Below, in pieces: positions 50,956-60,854 of a stretch of 64,000 bases of DNA. A model generated the notes under the pieces. The model was not told the origin of the DNA. It saw only the letters and a program-made list of their open reading frames with translations, and searched no databases. The translations under genes and the position numbers were made by a program. Location of the stretch: the NCBI GenBank assembly GCA_948735595.1, contig CAPXSA010000002.1, forward strand, positions 33,713-97,712. The letters are read 5' to 3'. Numbering within the stretch: the stretch's first letter is position 1; every line of letters starts with the position of its first letter. The DNA is from an uncultured Clostridia bacterium (GTDB taxonomy: Bacteria > Bacillota > Clostridia > TANB77 > CAG-508).

Positions 50956-51852
50956 TTAAAGATTTCCATATACAAATCTAGTAGAATTTTTTATTTGTAA
51001 TGTATTCCAAAAGTTTATAGTATTTAATGATTCATCCTTTATTGTAAAACATTTATCAGCTTCAAGTGTTATTCCGCCTAAAAGATATTCATTAGGAAGA
51101 ATAGCTAAGTAGTAATTTGGAGTTAAAGGAAAACCAATAAAAACATCGTTTCTGCCAATTCCATTTTTGAGAAGTTTAGTTCTATAATTGTATCGAATGA
51201 CAGGATTATCACTAATTATAAATTTTCGAGTAGATAAATTGTGAAATAAAATCCATGTTTTTGATAAAATTTCTGTGGAGAAATTCTCTATTCTATCATT
51301 GTTAGTAACTATGCTAAGCATAAGATCCTTATAATATAAATCATCTTGATACTTTTTGATTACACTAGAAAATTTTTTTAGTTCATCTGAACTATTTAAT
51401 TCTCTATCTATAAAATTTAGAGTTTCTATATAATTATCTTTCATATTATATATCATATCTGGAACTCTACAAACTTGATTTACTAATATTCTTGCTAAAT
51501 CTTGCTTTAATGAACCTATACTTAATGGATGTTCTACTAAATTATTAAGTTTTGCATAGAAAATTACCTTATTTATAGTGCTTGAATAGATAGAGTCAAC
51601 TGAATAAGTATAGAAATCTTCATAACTTTTCTTTCCAAAGTTATCATTTGCATTGTAAATATTCTTTTCAAATCCTATATTTTTCTTTGTTGAAGTATAT
51701 ACAGTATTTAATTTTTTATCATATACAAAAATAGTACCATTTTTATTCTCAAAAAAGTGTAAATAAGATTGTGGAATAAAATGATTTTTTATAGTTTTAA
51801 TATCTCTACTAGGAATATATTTTTTTATTTTATTATTCATAACTATCACCAA
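50956..51852 (-). CDS. DUF4238 domain protein
   Basis: 298 aa; N-terminal ..IKNHFIPQSYLHFF.. matches the DUF4238 signature (H-x-IPQ-x-YL-x-F). Confidence 0.55.
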   Translation of the reverse strand: MVIVMNNKIKKYIPSRDIKTIKNHFIPQSYLHFFENKNGTIFVYDKKLNTVYTSTKKNIGFEKNIYNANDNFGKKSYEDFYTYSVDSIYSSTINKVIFYAKLNNLVEHPLSIGSLKQDLARILVNQVCRVPDMIYNMKDNYIETLNFIDRELNSSDELKKFSSVIKKYQDDLYYKDLMLSIVTNNDRIENFSTEILSKTWILFHNLSTRKFIISDNPVIRYNYRTKLLKNGIGRNDVFIGFPLTPNYYLAILPNEYLLGGITLEADKCFTIKDESLNTINFWNTLQIKNSTRFVYGNL

Positions 51853-52086
51853 TATGGTTATAGCATAAAATTAATCAATAGTAAACATTCTATTACATCT
51901 AACATTATTTATCACATCTAGCATAATATCTAACATTTTTACCAAATACTTGCAAAATGTAGAAGATTTATGTTATAGTTAAGCAAGTAAGAGAAACAAA
52001 GATAAGTGCTAGAAAATCCATAGTTTTGGACTATATAAAAAGTGTTATTTAATACTAAGTATTAATAAGTATAAAACACATTAAAA

Positions 52087-52138
52087 AATTCAAAATCCAG
52101 CGGGAAACCATGTGGGTTCGAGTCCCACCATCAGCACC
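52087..52138 (+). pseudogene. 3' half of disrupted chromosomal tRNA-Leu(CAA) (attR side)
   Basis: ATTCAAAATCCAGCGGGAAACCATGTGGGTTCGAGTCCCACCATCAGCACCA; acceptor 3' strand CATCAGC pairs with GCTGATG at 40485. Confidence 0.75.
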
Positions 52139-52353
52139 AACGACGTATCTGTTCGAACTAAATTAAGTAGATAGATACAAATATCGTTCTGAAAAGGATG
52201 GTATTTTTTTTATTTGAGAAAAGAATTATTGTCTCGCAGAACTCCATGTTATGATGGTACATTATAACATATAGGGGGGGACTTCAGCCAAGACGAAGTT
52301 CTGTGCTACGAAGGAATAAGAGAGCACACTCATCGAGTATGCTCTCCATAGCT

Positions 52354-52878
52354 TTAAAGACCTAAATCTTTAGCTTGTGCTTCTGTGACAATGCGTACAC
52401 CCTGTTTAATAAGGATATCTTTCAAAAGTTCCACAATACCTTCCAGTTGCGCAATTTTTCTCTGTTTGCGAGAGAGTTTTTCCATTTCATGCATAGCATT
52501 CCATGTCAACCACTCTTGAGCATCGTAGAGATAACTTTCACTAGTTCCGTGAAACTCGTCTTGAAGCTTAATGCGATTACCATTAGCATCGCTCAGAATG
52601 TAATATCCGTCTTTTCCTTCCTTTCTTTCCACAATAGTGAAAATGGAAGGACAGGGATACTTGGAAAGAGGGTACTTAGTAGTGTCAGGGGTTACACCCC
52701 AATTCACCCGCTGTCCGAAGATAACTGTCTGTCCCACTTTGCCTTTGCCATAGATTGCATTGACTTCAATCTTCTTGCCGTTCTGCCAAAACTCTAGCAT
52801 GGTGATTCCTACCCTTCTTTTACCCGTGAGATTGGATTTGCCCGTGAGGACTTCCACCGAGTAATAATGCTCCTTCAA
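52354..52878 (-). CDS. hypothetical protein in a GC-elevated (~42% GC) patch just outside attR
   Basis: 174-aa ORF with protein-like composition; local GC clearly above flanks; G7 homopolymer at 52273-52279 lies just downstream. Confidence 0.4.
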   Translation of the reverse strand: MKEHYYSVEVLTGKSNLTGKRRVGITMLEFWQNGKKIEVNAIYGKGKVGQTVIFGQRVNWGVTPDTTKYPLSKYPCPSIFTIVERKEGKDGYYILSDANGNRIKLQDEFHGTSESYLYDAQEWLTWNAMHEMEKLSRKQRKIAQLEGIVELLKDILIKQGVRIVTEAQAKDLGL

Positions 52879-52982
52879 ATGTCACAAAGCTTTGAAACAG
52901 AAAGTAATACCGTTTCAATTTTTAATACATTTAAAGAATATATTTATAATATCATATTTATGTAAAATTGTCAAAATTTATT

Positions 52983-53106
52983 TGACAATTAACGAGAATC
53001 TGTGTATAGTAAATATAGAAAATGACAAGTCCACAAACGTGGTTTTGCCAAATAGATTTGAAAAAACTCATACATAACTCGCCAAAGATACAGATGTGAG
53101 TTTTTT
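52983..53106 (+). ncRNA. candidate small RNA: consensus sigma-A promoter then ~90-nt transcript ending in terminator
   Basis: TTGACA(52983)-17-TATAGT(53005); hairpin AAAAACTCATACAT...ATGTGAGTTTTTT at 53062-53106; no ORF >11 codons. Confidence 0.25.
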
Positions 53107-53560
53107 ATTTATGTAGTTGCTTATCAACTCAGTTCTTATACAGAATTGCTGTTAAGGCAACGTTTAATGTTAAAGAGAACATTAAGGATATTATAAAAAT
53201 AGTATCACTTTAACCATAAACATCACCACTTTTCCTACGATAATTCGTATAATTGGTGGCAAAACCACATCTGTTTATTATCATTTCCTATGTTTCACAG
53301 TATAGCATAATATTTATAGTAAAACAATAGAAAAAGAACAAATATTTGCTCATTAAAAATACACCTCCGAATGTTAGATTTTTGTCCAACATTTTGAGTG
53401 CACTTCAATAATGGATAGTTCTTTTTTTATAAAGCAATGCATCCTCACAGACTATCATGGTATCAATCACTCGATTAATATCAGCAATGATATACTTTAT
53501 TATCCCTTTTCCAAAAAATGAAATTGACAAAAAACGACAGAAATATTACAATAATACTAG

Positions 53561-54715
53561 GTGAGAAAAATGAGAAAACAAACCAAAGAAAAAATTGTTA
53601 TTTTCTGTATGATAGCAATTGCGATACTAATCATTTCTAAAGTAAGTTATGCAACGGATTCAGAACTAGACATTAGAAAAATCATAGCAAACAATAGCCA
53701 AAGTATTAAGAAGGAAGAAATTATTACGAAAGAAAAGGATTTAGAATATACTACAAAATACATAGAAAATCCAGAACTTCCAAAAGGGATGATGCAAGTC
53801 ATGCAAGAAGGAATCGATGGTAAGCAAGAAATATATACTAAAAAAGTTTATGAGGGTGAAAAGTTAGTTTCAGAAGAAGAAATTGGAAGCAAAGTAACAA
53901 AGTCCCCTGTCAATAAAATGATAGCAATTGGAACGGCTCCTTATAGAAGTAGTTATAAAGTAAAAGTAGGAGATAACATTTATGTTACCTCCAGTTTGCT
54001 TGCTGTTAGAATTGAAGCAAATGACAAAGCAAACAAATTAATTTCATTAAATAGAGACACACAAGTAAAATTGTTACAAAAGCAAGAGGAGTGGTATCAA
54101 GTACAATATCAAAGCTATATTGGTTGGGCAAAAGCAGAATGCTTTACCTATTTAGACCCTAACAGTAGCAAAGAAGAAACAAGTGGTACAAGTCAATATA
54201 CAAAACAACAATTATTAAATAGATTGAACTTCAATATGGCATTAAATAAACCAAGTGGATTATCTCTGGAACAATTTAAAAAGATATTTGCAAACGAGCC
54301 AAAAGATACCAAAAATGTTTTCAAAAACAATGCACAGTATTTTTATTATGCAGAAAAACAATATAATGTTAATGGAGTATTTTTAGCAGCAGTAGCAATT
54401 CATGAAAGTGGATGGGGAGGTTCTAGTATAGCAAGTAACAAAAACAACTTATTTGGTTACGGTGCTTATGATAGAAATCCATACGAAAGTAGCTATCAAT
54501 TTAATGATTATTCAGAAGGAATTGATTTAGTAGCTAGAGTATTTGCAAAATATTATTTGAATCTAGCAGGAACCAAAATTTATGATGGCAATAAAGCTTT
54601 AGGTACTTATTATAATGGACCAACTTTAACAGGTGTCAATGTTAGATACGCCAGTGACAAAAATTGGGCAAATGGGGTTTACACATGGATGAAATATTTA
54701 TATAAAAAATTGTAG
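53561..54715 (+). CDS. cell-wall hydrolase: G5 + SH3-like + GH73 N-acetylglucosaminidase domain
   Basis: 384 aa; signal/TM; G5-like ..LPKGMMQVMQEGIDGKQEIYTKKVYEGEK..; C-terminal ..YYAEKQYNVNGVFLAAVAIHESGWGGSSIA..NLFGYGAYD.. glucosaminidase motif; promoter TTGACA-17-TACAAT at 53525. Confidence 0.7.
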   Translation: MRKMRKQTKEKIVIFCMIAIAILIISKVSYATDSELDIRKIIANNSQSIKKEEIITKEKDLEYTTKYIENPELPKGMMQVMQEGIDGKQEIYTKKVYEGEKLVSEEEIGSKVTKSPVNKMIAIGTAPYRSSYKVKVGDNIYVTSSLLAVRIEANDKANKLISLNRDTQVKLLQKQEEWYQVQYQSYIGWAKAECFTYLDPNSSKEETSGTSQYTKQQLLNRLNFNMALNKPSGLSLEQFKKIFANEPKDTKNVFKNNAQYFYYAEKQYNVNGVFLAAVAIHESGWGGSSIASNKNNLFGYGAYDRNPYESSYQFNDYSEGIDLVARVFAKYYLNLAGTKIYDGNKALGTYYNGPTLTGVNVRYASDKNWANGVYTWMKYLYKKL

Positions 54716-54811
54716 TTTTTTCCTTGCTATTTTGGAGAGTTTATTGTATGATATATGCTAGTAGAAAAATAGGAATATTATGGAACAAAATAAGGAAGGG
54801 GCAATTGATTT

Positions 54812-55219
54812 ATGAAAAAAGTAATTGCAGTCATATTTATTATCTTAGTAATTTTTGGAACAGTAAGCGTTTATGCTGCCAATACAAATAGTAATACATT
54901 AACAGCAGAAACAGCAACTAGTAATTTAGTAGAATTAAAAGACAAAGCATGGAAAACTATGCAAGATTATCAAGCAGCATATGGAAATGATACTTATGGA
55001 ATGGTAGCATATTTTTTAAATATCGTAAGAATATATAGTATTCCTTTCGGATTTGTAGGAATCGTAATGGCAGCTATTTACCGTTATGTAATTGGTATTA
55101 GAAAGCTAGATGTTCAAGATAAAGGTTTTGGAACACTTGTAGCCATTATTACAGTAATGGTAATTTGTCAAGTATTGCCATTGATTTTTGCAATCGTTGT
55201 TAGAGGTTGGAGGGGTTAA
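54812..55219 (+). CDS. small membrane protein
   Basis: 135 aa, signal peptide and 2 TM, overlaps start of next gene. Confidence 0.45.
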   Translation: MKKVIAVIFIILVIFGTVSVYAANTNSNTLTAETATSNLVELKDKAWKTMQDYQAAYGNDTYGMVAYFLNIVRIYSIPFGFVGIVMAAIYRYVIGIRKLDVQDKGFGTLVAIITVMVICQVLPLIFAIVVRGWRG

Positions 55220-57798
55220 AACGAATGAAAGTATTATTTGCAGTCAATAATGAAAACATTTCTGAGTCAATCATCAAGAGGTATCAACAAGATTATAAAG
55301 AAATTATCTCAGCGAAAAATGTCTATTATTTTAATGCAATTGTAAAAGAGTTACAAAGGGATAAAAGCTATGACAGAATAGTCATAAGCGAAGATTTAGA
55401 GCCATTTTCAAATAATAATTATGATGCGATTGATAAGTTCATTTTTGAAAAAATGGACAATATTAGTGATGAAGCAACAAATGGGTCAGGAAATGACATT
55501 CCAATTATTTTGATTTGTGCAGATAGAAGAGAGAAATCAGAGCCATTACTTGTAAAACTATTTGGTATTGGTGTATATAATGCGCTTCTAGGAAAAGATA
55601 GAAGTATTACAACAGTATGTGAACTTATCAATAGACCTCGTGGGAAAAAAGAAGCAAAATCTTATTATCGTATTGATGCAGAAGATGTAGACTACAAAGT
55701 GGAAAATGAAGGAGATGTTAGTGAAACTGAAATTCAAAACATCTTAAATCATTACAAAAAGTTAGGAAAAAATGAAGATAAGTACGTAGAAAGTTTTGAA
55801 CATATTGCTAGTCAATATACAGATGCACAATTAAGACTAATTGCAAAGTTTTTGCCATTAGGAGTAAAAGCTGTATTAGAAGCCAATAGTCCAAAATATC
55901 AAGAAGCAGTTTCTTTTGGAGGAGGAACAACGCCTAAAAAGCAAACAGTAGCATCTGATTATGGTAGAACACCAAAAAATAACAAGCAAGACAAAAAGGT
56001 AAAAAATGTTCCTGCTAAAAAAGAAGAACCTAAGTTAGAATTTATAGAGAAGAACTTAAGTCAAAATAAAATTACAGAACCAGTGGTTATTCCATCAGCA
56101 GTTAATGCGTCTAAGGTAAGAAAAGTAGAAGAACCTACTATCCCAATGCCACAAGAAGAGCCTCAAGGTATTGATGACATTTTAGGGGATATTACAGCAC
56201 CAACTGCACCACAGCCAGTAGAGGCACCTATTATAGCAGGATTTGATGATGAAGACAATATGTATATAGTTCAAGAAAATGCAAATAATGAGCCAATAGA
56301 AAAAGAACAGATAAATAGTATATCAAACAAGGAAGAATCACAAGAAGTGTTAACTGCTCAACCAAAGAAACGAGGCAGGCCAAAAAAAGGACAAGAATCT
56401 CTAGCACCAGTAGCAGAAGAACCTAAAAAGAGAAGAGGAAGACCTAAAAAATCAGAATTAGAAGCAGTAGAAGATAAAGTAGCTAGTTCAGTAAATGAGA
56501 ACATAGTACCAGAAGCACCTGTCAATTTATTTGAATTAGGTGATGAAACATCAGGAAGTACATCTCAAAGTAGTACAAGCGGTGTATATTCAGATATGAT
56601 TTTACCGGGATTAGATGATGAGAATATGTACATGGTACAAGAAAGTGTAAATAGTCAAGAAGACACAGTTATGCCAAACAGCACACAACAAGAAGTACCG
56701 CCAATAAACAATGTACAACCAAATACAACACCATATGAGGTAGTAGCATCTAATGAATCAGAAATAGAAGAACCAAATGTGATAGAACAAACAACACAAA
56801 ATGCAACATCAAGTTTTGGAGAAACTATGACACCAAGTTCTATTCCGAGTTTTGGAACAGCTACAACACAAGCAGTGCAAAATACAGGAAAATATAACTT
56901 AGTTAATTCCGATTTAAGTGGCTTATTAACAAGAGATAAGAAAGTTGTTGCGTTTGTAGGAACTTCTAAAAATGGAACATCATTCTTAGTTAACAATTTA
57001 GCAGAAATGTTATCTAAAAAAGGTATTAAAACAGCACTTTTAGATTTAACACAAAATAGAAATGCTTACTATATTTATACAGAAAATGAAGAAAATTTAA
57101 GACAAATTGCATATAGTACTATGGCAAATCTAAGAAGAGGTGACCCAAGAGGAATTGAAGTAAACAAGAATTTAACAGTATATACTACTCTTCCAGGAGA
57201 AAATGAAGATATTAATGATTATGCTAATATTCTTGAAACTTTGATTAAAAATTATTCTTTAGTACTATTAGACTGTGATTTTGAAACCAATTATGGATAT
57301 TTCAAAGAAGCACAAGAAATTTATTTAGTACAAAGTTTAGATGTTCTAACCATACAACCACTTACTGCATTTTTGAGGGACTTAAAAGCAAAAAATGTAT
57401 TAAATCCAGAAAAAATTAGAGTGGCACTTAACAAAATAGTAAAAGTAAGAAGTATTACAGACAAAATTATTATTGGTGGAATGGCTTACTATAATGACCC
57501 AGCAATGTCATTCATGACAGAATTATTTAATAAAGATGCTGTGCCATATTGCACAATTCCATTTGAAGAACAAGCTTATTCAAGATATTTAGAAGGACTA
57601 ATTAACTGTAAAATCAGCCTGAGTGGATATTCTAAAAACTTTATGCAAGCATTTGAAAAATTAGCAAATATGGTATATCCTTTAATTGGAAATGGAAAGC
57701 CTACTAATTATGGAGGTTATAACAATTATGCAGGTGGCCAAACAAGTAATTTTTCAAATGGTATGAATGATACTTTAAATAAAATGAAAAACTATTAA
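55207..57798 (+). CDS. multidomain protein: N-terminal receiver-like domain, low-complexity linker with two AT-hook (RGRPKK) motifs, C-terminal ParA/MinD/CpaE-like P-loop domain with degenerate Walker A
   Basis: 863 aa; ..MKVLFAVNNEN.. flavodoxin-like N-terminus; PKKRGRPKKG and KKRRGRPKKS repeats; C-terminus ..VVAFVGTSKNGTSFLVNNLAEML.. resembles CpaE/MinD but lacks the GKT/S lysine. Confidence 0.5.
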   Translation: MEGLKRMKVLFAVNNENISESIIKRYQQDYKEIISAKNVYYFNAIVKELQRDKSYDRIVISEDLEPFSNNNYDAIDKFIFEKMDNISDEATNGSGNDIPIILICADRREKSEPLLVKLFGIGVYNALLGKDRSITTVCELINRPRGKKEAKSYYRIDAEDVDYKVENEGDVSETEIQNILNHYKKLGKNEDKYVESFEHIASQYTDAQLRLIAKFLPLGVKAVLEANSPKYQEAVSFGGGTTPKKQTVASDYGRTPKNNKQDKKVKNVPAKKEEPKLEFIEKNLSQNKITEPVVIPSAVNASKVRKVEEPTIPMPQEEPQGIDDILGDITAPTAPQPVEAPIIAGFDDEDNMYIVQENANNEPIEKEQINSISNKEESQEVLTAQPKKRGRPKKGQESLAPVAEEPKKRRGRPKKSELEAVEDKVASSVNENIVPEAPVNLFELGDETSGSTSQSSTSGVYSDMILPGLDDENMYMVQESVNSQEDTVMPNSTQQEVPPINNVQPNTTPYEVVASNESEIEEPNVIEQTTQNATSSFGETMTPSSIPSFGTATTQAVQNTGKYNLVNSDLSGLLTRDKKVVAFVGTSKNGTSFLVNNLAEMLSKKGIKTALLDLTQNRNAYYIYTENEENLRQIAYSTMANLRRGDPRGIEVNKNLTVYTTLPGENEDINDYANILETLIKNYSLVLLDCDFETNYGYFKEAQEIYLVQSLDVLTIQPLTAFLRDLKAKNVLNPEKIRVALNKIVKVRSITDKIIIGGMAYYNDPAMSFMTELFNKDAVPYCTIPFEEQAYSRYLEGLINCKISLSGYSKNFMQAFEKLANMVYPLIGNGKPTNYGGYNNYAGGQTSNFSNGMNDTLNKMKNY

Positions 57799-57826
57799 TA
57801 ACAAAGAAAGTAAAAGAGGTGATTTT

Positions 57827-58954
57827 TTGATACTCGCGGTTATCCTATTATTAGTACTAATTATTGGACTATTAATGGCATATAATATGTCCATACATAA
57901 GAAAATAGAGAATTTTAATAACTTAAATCAAAAGATAACCAGTCTAAATGTATTACAAGATTTTATGAATACAGTTAGTGAAGTTACATCTGTAGACGAG
58001 AAATTTCAGAAAATCAATGACATTTTAATTGAAAGATATGAAATAAAATATTCGACTATTGTTGTCTATAATGGAACAGAATATGTAGTAAAAGCATCTA
58101 ATGTAGACCAAAAACATTGGGATACCTTATGTAATTTGCACAATGAAGAAATTTTTGCGGAAAGTATCCAAACAGCAACTCCAAAGTATGTTACGATAGA
58201 AAAAGAAGGGGAAAGATTACCATATCAAAAAATGGAATTTGGTAGAGCAAAATCTGCTATGTTCTATCCTTTATATATTGAAAATGTTTATATTGGCTAT
58301 TGGATTATTGAAGGTAGTAGACCACATGAATTTGATAATATTGATACTACATTATTAGAAGTTGTAAAAAATAACATTGTTTCTGTTTTAAAAACAGTAG
58401 AAAATCAACAAGTTATAGAAAATATTGTCAGAGATGATTTGTATAGTAGTTTAAAATCTGCGGAATACTTATATGGAGAAGGTAAAAAAATCATTAATCA
58501 ATATACGACTTCAACAGTATGTTTATTTAGAATAGCAAACTTAGAGGAAATTAATCAAAAGTATGGTAGAGAAGCAGGAAATCACATTGTTACAGAAGTA
58601 AGTTATGTAGCAAAAAATAATCTGGCAGCAGAATATATTTTTGTAAGATATATGGGACCTAAATTTGCCATTGTATTTTCAGGAATTGATATGGACGCAG
58701 TAGCAGATTTTATGAAAGATTTGAAACAAAAGTTAGAAGCTATCCAAGTAAAATTAGTAGGGAAAACAGTATTAACATCTCAAATGCTAGAAGAAAATGA
58801 AATAAGTAGCGAACAAATAACGAAGGTACAACCAAAAATTAATACAGTATTATCTACTTATTATAAAGGAACAGCATTAGAAGGACTAACAAAGAAAATG
58901 GAAGAATATTTAGATAATGCTCCAAAGAGTGAAAATACCATTAATTATTTGTAG
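57827..58954 (+). CDS. membrane-anchored GAF-like + degenerate GGDEF-domain protein
   Basis: 375 aa; N-terminal TM; C-terminal ..[13 protein letters not shown].. in place of RYGGEEF, so predicted catalytically inactive. Confidence 0.5.
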   Translation: MILAVILLLVLIIGLLMAYNMSIHKKIENFNNLNQKITSLNVLQDFMNTVSEVTSVDEKFQKINDILIERYEIKYSTIVVYNGTEYVVKASNVDQKHWDTLCNLHNEEIFAESIQTATPKYVTIEKEGERLPYQKMEFGRAKSAMFYPLYIENVYIGYWIIEGSRPHEFDNIDTTLLEVVKNNIVSVLKTVENQQVIENIVRDDLYSSLKSAEYLYGEGKKIINQYTTSTVCLFRIANLEEINQKYGREAGNHIVTEVSYVAKNNLAAEYIFVRYMGPKFAIVFSGIDMDAVADFMKDLKQKLEAIQVKLVGKTVLTSQMLEENEISSEQITKVQPKINTVLSTYYKGTALEGLTKKMEEYLDNAPKSENTINYL

Positions 58955-58965
58955 GAGGTAAAACT

Positions 58966-59220
58966 ATGATATCTGATGAGACCGTTAATTTTAAAATTGA
59001 AAAAGATAAAAATATTAAAGCAAGAGAAATTTTGAAAGAAGTGTATAAGGCTTTAGAAGAAAAAGGATATAATCCTATTAACCAAATTGTTGGATATATT
59101 TTGTCAGGTGATCCAACTTATATTACCAGTCATAATGATGCTAGAAATATGATTAGACAAGTAGAAAGAGATGAACTATTAGAAAAAATGGTAAAAAATT
59201 ATATTGGATTAGATGACTAA
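58966..59220 (+). CDS. ireB: IreB-family regulatory phosphoprotein (UPF0297)
   Basis: 84 aa; ..[45 protein letters not shown].. is the conserved UPF0297 core; precedes ruvX as usual. Confidence 0.75.
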   Translation: MISDETVNFKIEKDKNIKAREILKEVYKALEEKGYNPINQIVGYILSGDPTYITSHNDARNMIRQVERDELLEKMVKNYIGLDD

Positions 59221-59235
59221 GAATTGGATGTAAAA

Positions 59236-59661
59236 ATGAGAAAATTAGGAATTGATTATGGAGATAGTCGAGTAGGAATTGCAATAACAGATGAATTAGG
59301 AATTACAGCACAAGGTTTAGAAACAATCCATCATAAAGGAAATGATAAAATTGTATTAAAAAGATTAGTAGAACTATTAGAACAGTATCAAGTTGATACC
59401 TTTGTAGTAGGAATGCCAATTAATATGAATGGAACAAAGACAGAGAGAGTAGAAGTAACCAACAATTTTATTCATAAATTAAAGTGTAGATTTCCTGAAA
59501 TTGTAATAGAAACAATTGATGAAAGACTGACTACTGTTGCTGCTCATAAAACAATGAATTACTTAAATATCAATAAAAATAAGAAAAAGGAAATTGTGGA
59601 TACTATTTCAGCAGTATATATTTTAGAGACTTACATGAGAAAGCAAGAACAAAATAAATAA
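59236..59661 (+). CDS. ruvX: Holliday-junction resolvase-like RNase RuvX/YqgF
   Basis: ORF 59224..59661; MRKLGIDYGDSRVGIAITDELGITAQGLETI.. is typical of YqgF. Confidence 0.8.
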   Translation: MRKLGIDYGDSRVGIAITDELGITAQGLETIHHKGNDKIVLKRLVELLEQYQVDTFVVGMPINMNGTKTERVEVTNNFIHKLKCRFPEIVIETIDERLTTVAAHKTMNYLNINKNKKKEIVDTISAVYILETYMRKQEQNK

Positions 59662-59776
59662 AAGAAAAAACAATAGTATAGTTTTAGAAAAATTTGAAAT
59701 AATAATATTGATATTACTATTGTAGAAATACAATAAAAGATATATATAATTAAAAAAACGAGAGGAGAAAATAAAA

Positions 59777-60097
59777 ATGAGTGAAGATGTAAATAACACA
59801 CCAGAAAATCAAGGAGAGGAATTAGATAACGTATTAGTTTTGAATGACGAAGACGGAAATGAAGTTGAATTTGAATTTTTAGATCTAATTGAATATGAAG
59901 GAGAAGAATATGTAGTACTTCTACCAGTAGAGGAAGAAGAGACAGAAGAACCTGGAGAAGTAGTAATTTTAAAATTAGAAGATACAGAATCAGAAGAAGA
60001 AGAATCTTATGTTAGTGTAGAAGATGAAGAAGTACTTAATAAAGTTTTCGAAATGTTCAAAGAAAAGTTTGAAGATGAATTTAATTTTGTTGACTAG
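59777..60097 (+). CDS. DUF1292 acidic protein
   Basis: 106 aa; ..DEDGNEVEFEFLDLIEYEGEEYVVLLPVEEE.. matches the DUF1292 signature; conserved position after ruvX. Confidence 0.7.
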   Translation: MSEDVNNTPENQGEELDNVLVLNDEDGNEVEFEFLDLIEYEGEEYVVLLPVEEEETEEPGEVVILKLEDTESEEEESYVSVEDEEVLNKVFEMFKEKFEDEFNFVD

Positions 60098-60146
60098 TCC
60101 ATGCAATTGATAACAGAGATTTGCATATATTTAAGGAGGGCAAACA

Positions 60147-60621
60147 AATGAAAAATTTATCAAGTTGGCTAATTGCCATGTTTGCTTTTATGTTTTGGGC
60201 CTTTAGAGTTATGACAACAGTTATGTATTCTTTAGGTTCAGAATTTGCAGCAGTACCAATGGATATGACTATGGAAATAGTACTATTATTTGTTACATTT
60301 ATATGTATTTGTTTTATTGCAAAAAGGAACTTGGTATCAGCATGCATTTATTTAGTAGCACATGGATTGTATTATGGATATTATTTATATCAAAATATTA
60401 TGAGCATTATAGATGGCAGTGGAACGATGAACAGTTATTTATCTCTTTTAATAGCTGTTGTTGGTGTTATCATACCACTTGCAGCATTCTTTGATGTATT
60501 ATTAGATAAAAATAGAAAAGCACACCCTGTTGACAAGCAAACAGATTGGTTTTATAAGAATAAAGATTTTGATAGAGAAGTAGATGAAAGAGCAGACAGA
60601 AATCAATATAGAACAATGTAA
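60147..60621 (+). CDS. hypothetical 4-TM membrane protein
   Basis: ORF 60121..60621; ATG 60147 after RBS AAGGAGGG. Confidence 0.45.
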
Positions 60622-60713
60622 AATAAAATTGAAAATATTTTACATAATCTGTTGACCGAGAAAAAATTTTATGTTAAAATAATAATTGTTATGTTTATAC
60701 AAAAGCGATGTTA

Positions 60714-60824
60714 ACAAATTCTAAAAAGCGTAGCTTTAAGAATTTGTAACAATCGCAATAACTATCTTCTATGTCAATTATGCAAATTGTTAAAACAATT
60801 TGTATAATTGGCTAGAATATAGAG
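60714..60824 (+). promoter_or_regulatory. conserved upstream motif, copy B (shared with 16722..16814)
   Basis: ACAAATTCTAAAAAGCGTAGCTTTAAGAATTTGTAAC AATCGCAATAACTATCTTCTATGTCAATTA + 15-bp-stem hairpin CAATTATGCAAATTG/CAATTTGTATAATTG + CTAGAATATAGAG. Confidence 0.5.
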
Positions 60825-60854
60825 AAATACCAAAAAAAGGGAGAGATTTAATTT

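Larger units (their letters stand above)
40516..52096. mobile_element. ~11.6-kb integrative mobilizable element inserted in the tRNA-Leu(CAA) anticodon loop, flanked by 10-bp direct repeats ATTCAAAATC
   Basis: direct repeat at 40516-40525 and 52087-52096; the two tRNA halves at the borders reconstitute one tRNA; contents are tRNA-Leu copy, tyrosine integrase, Xis, HTH regulator, MobV relaxase with oriT, TnpV-like protein and a cargo operon. Confidence 0.75.
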
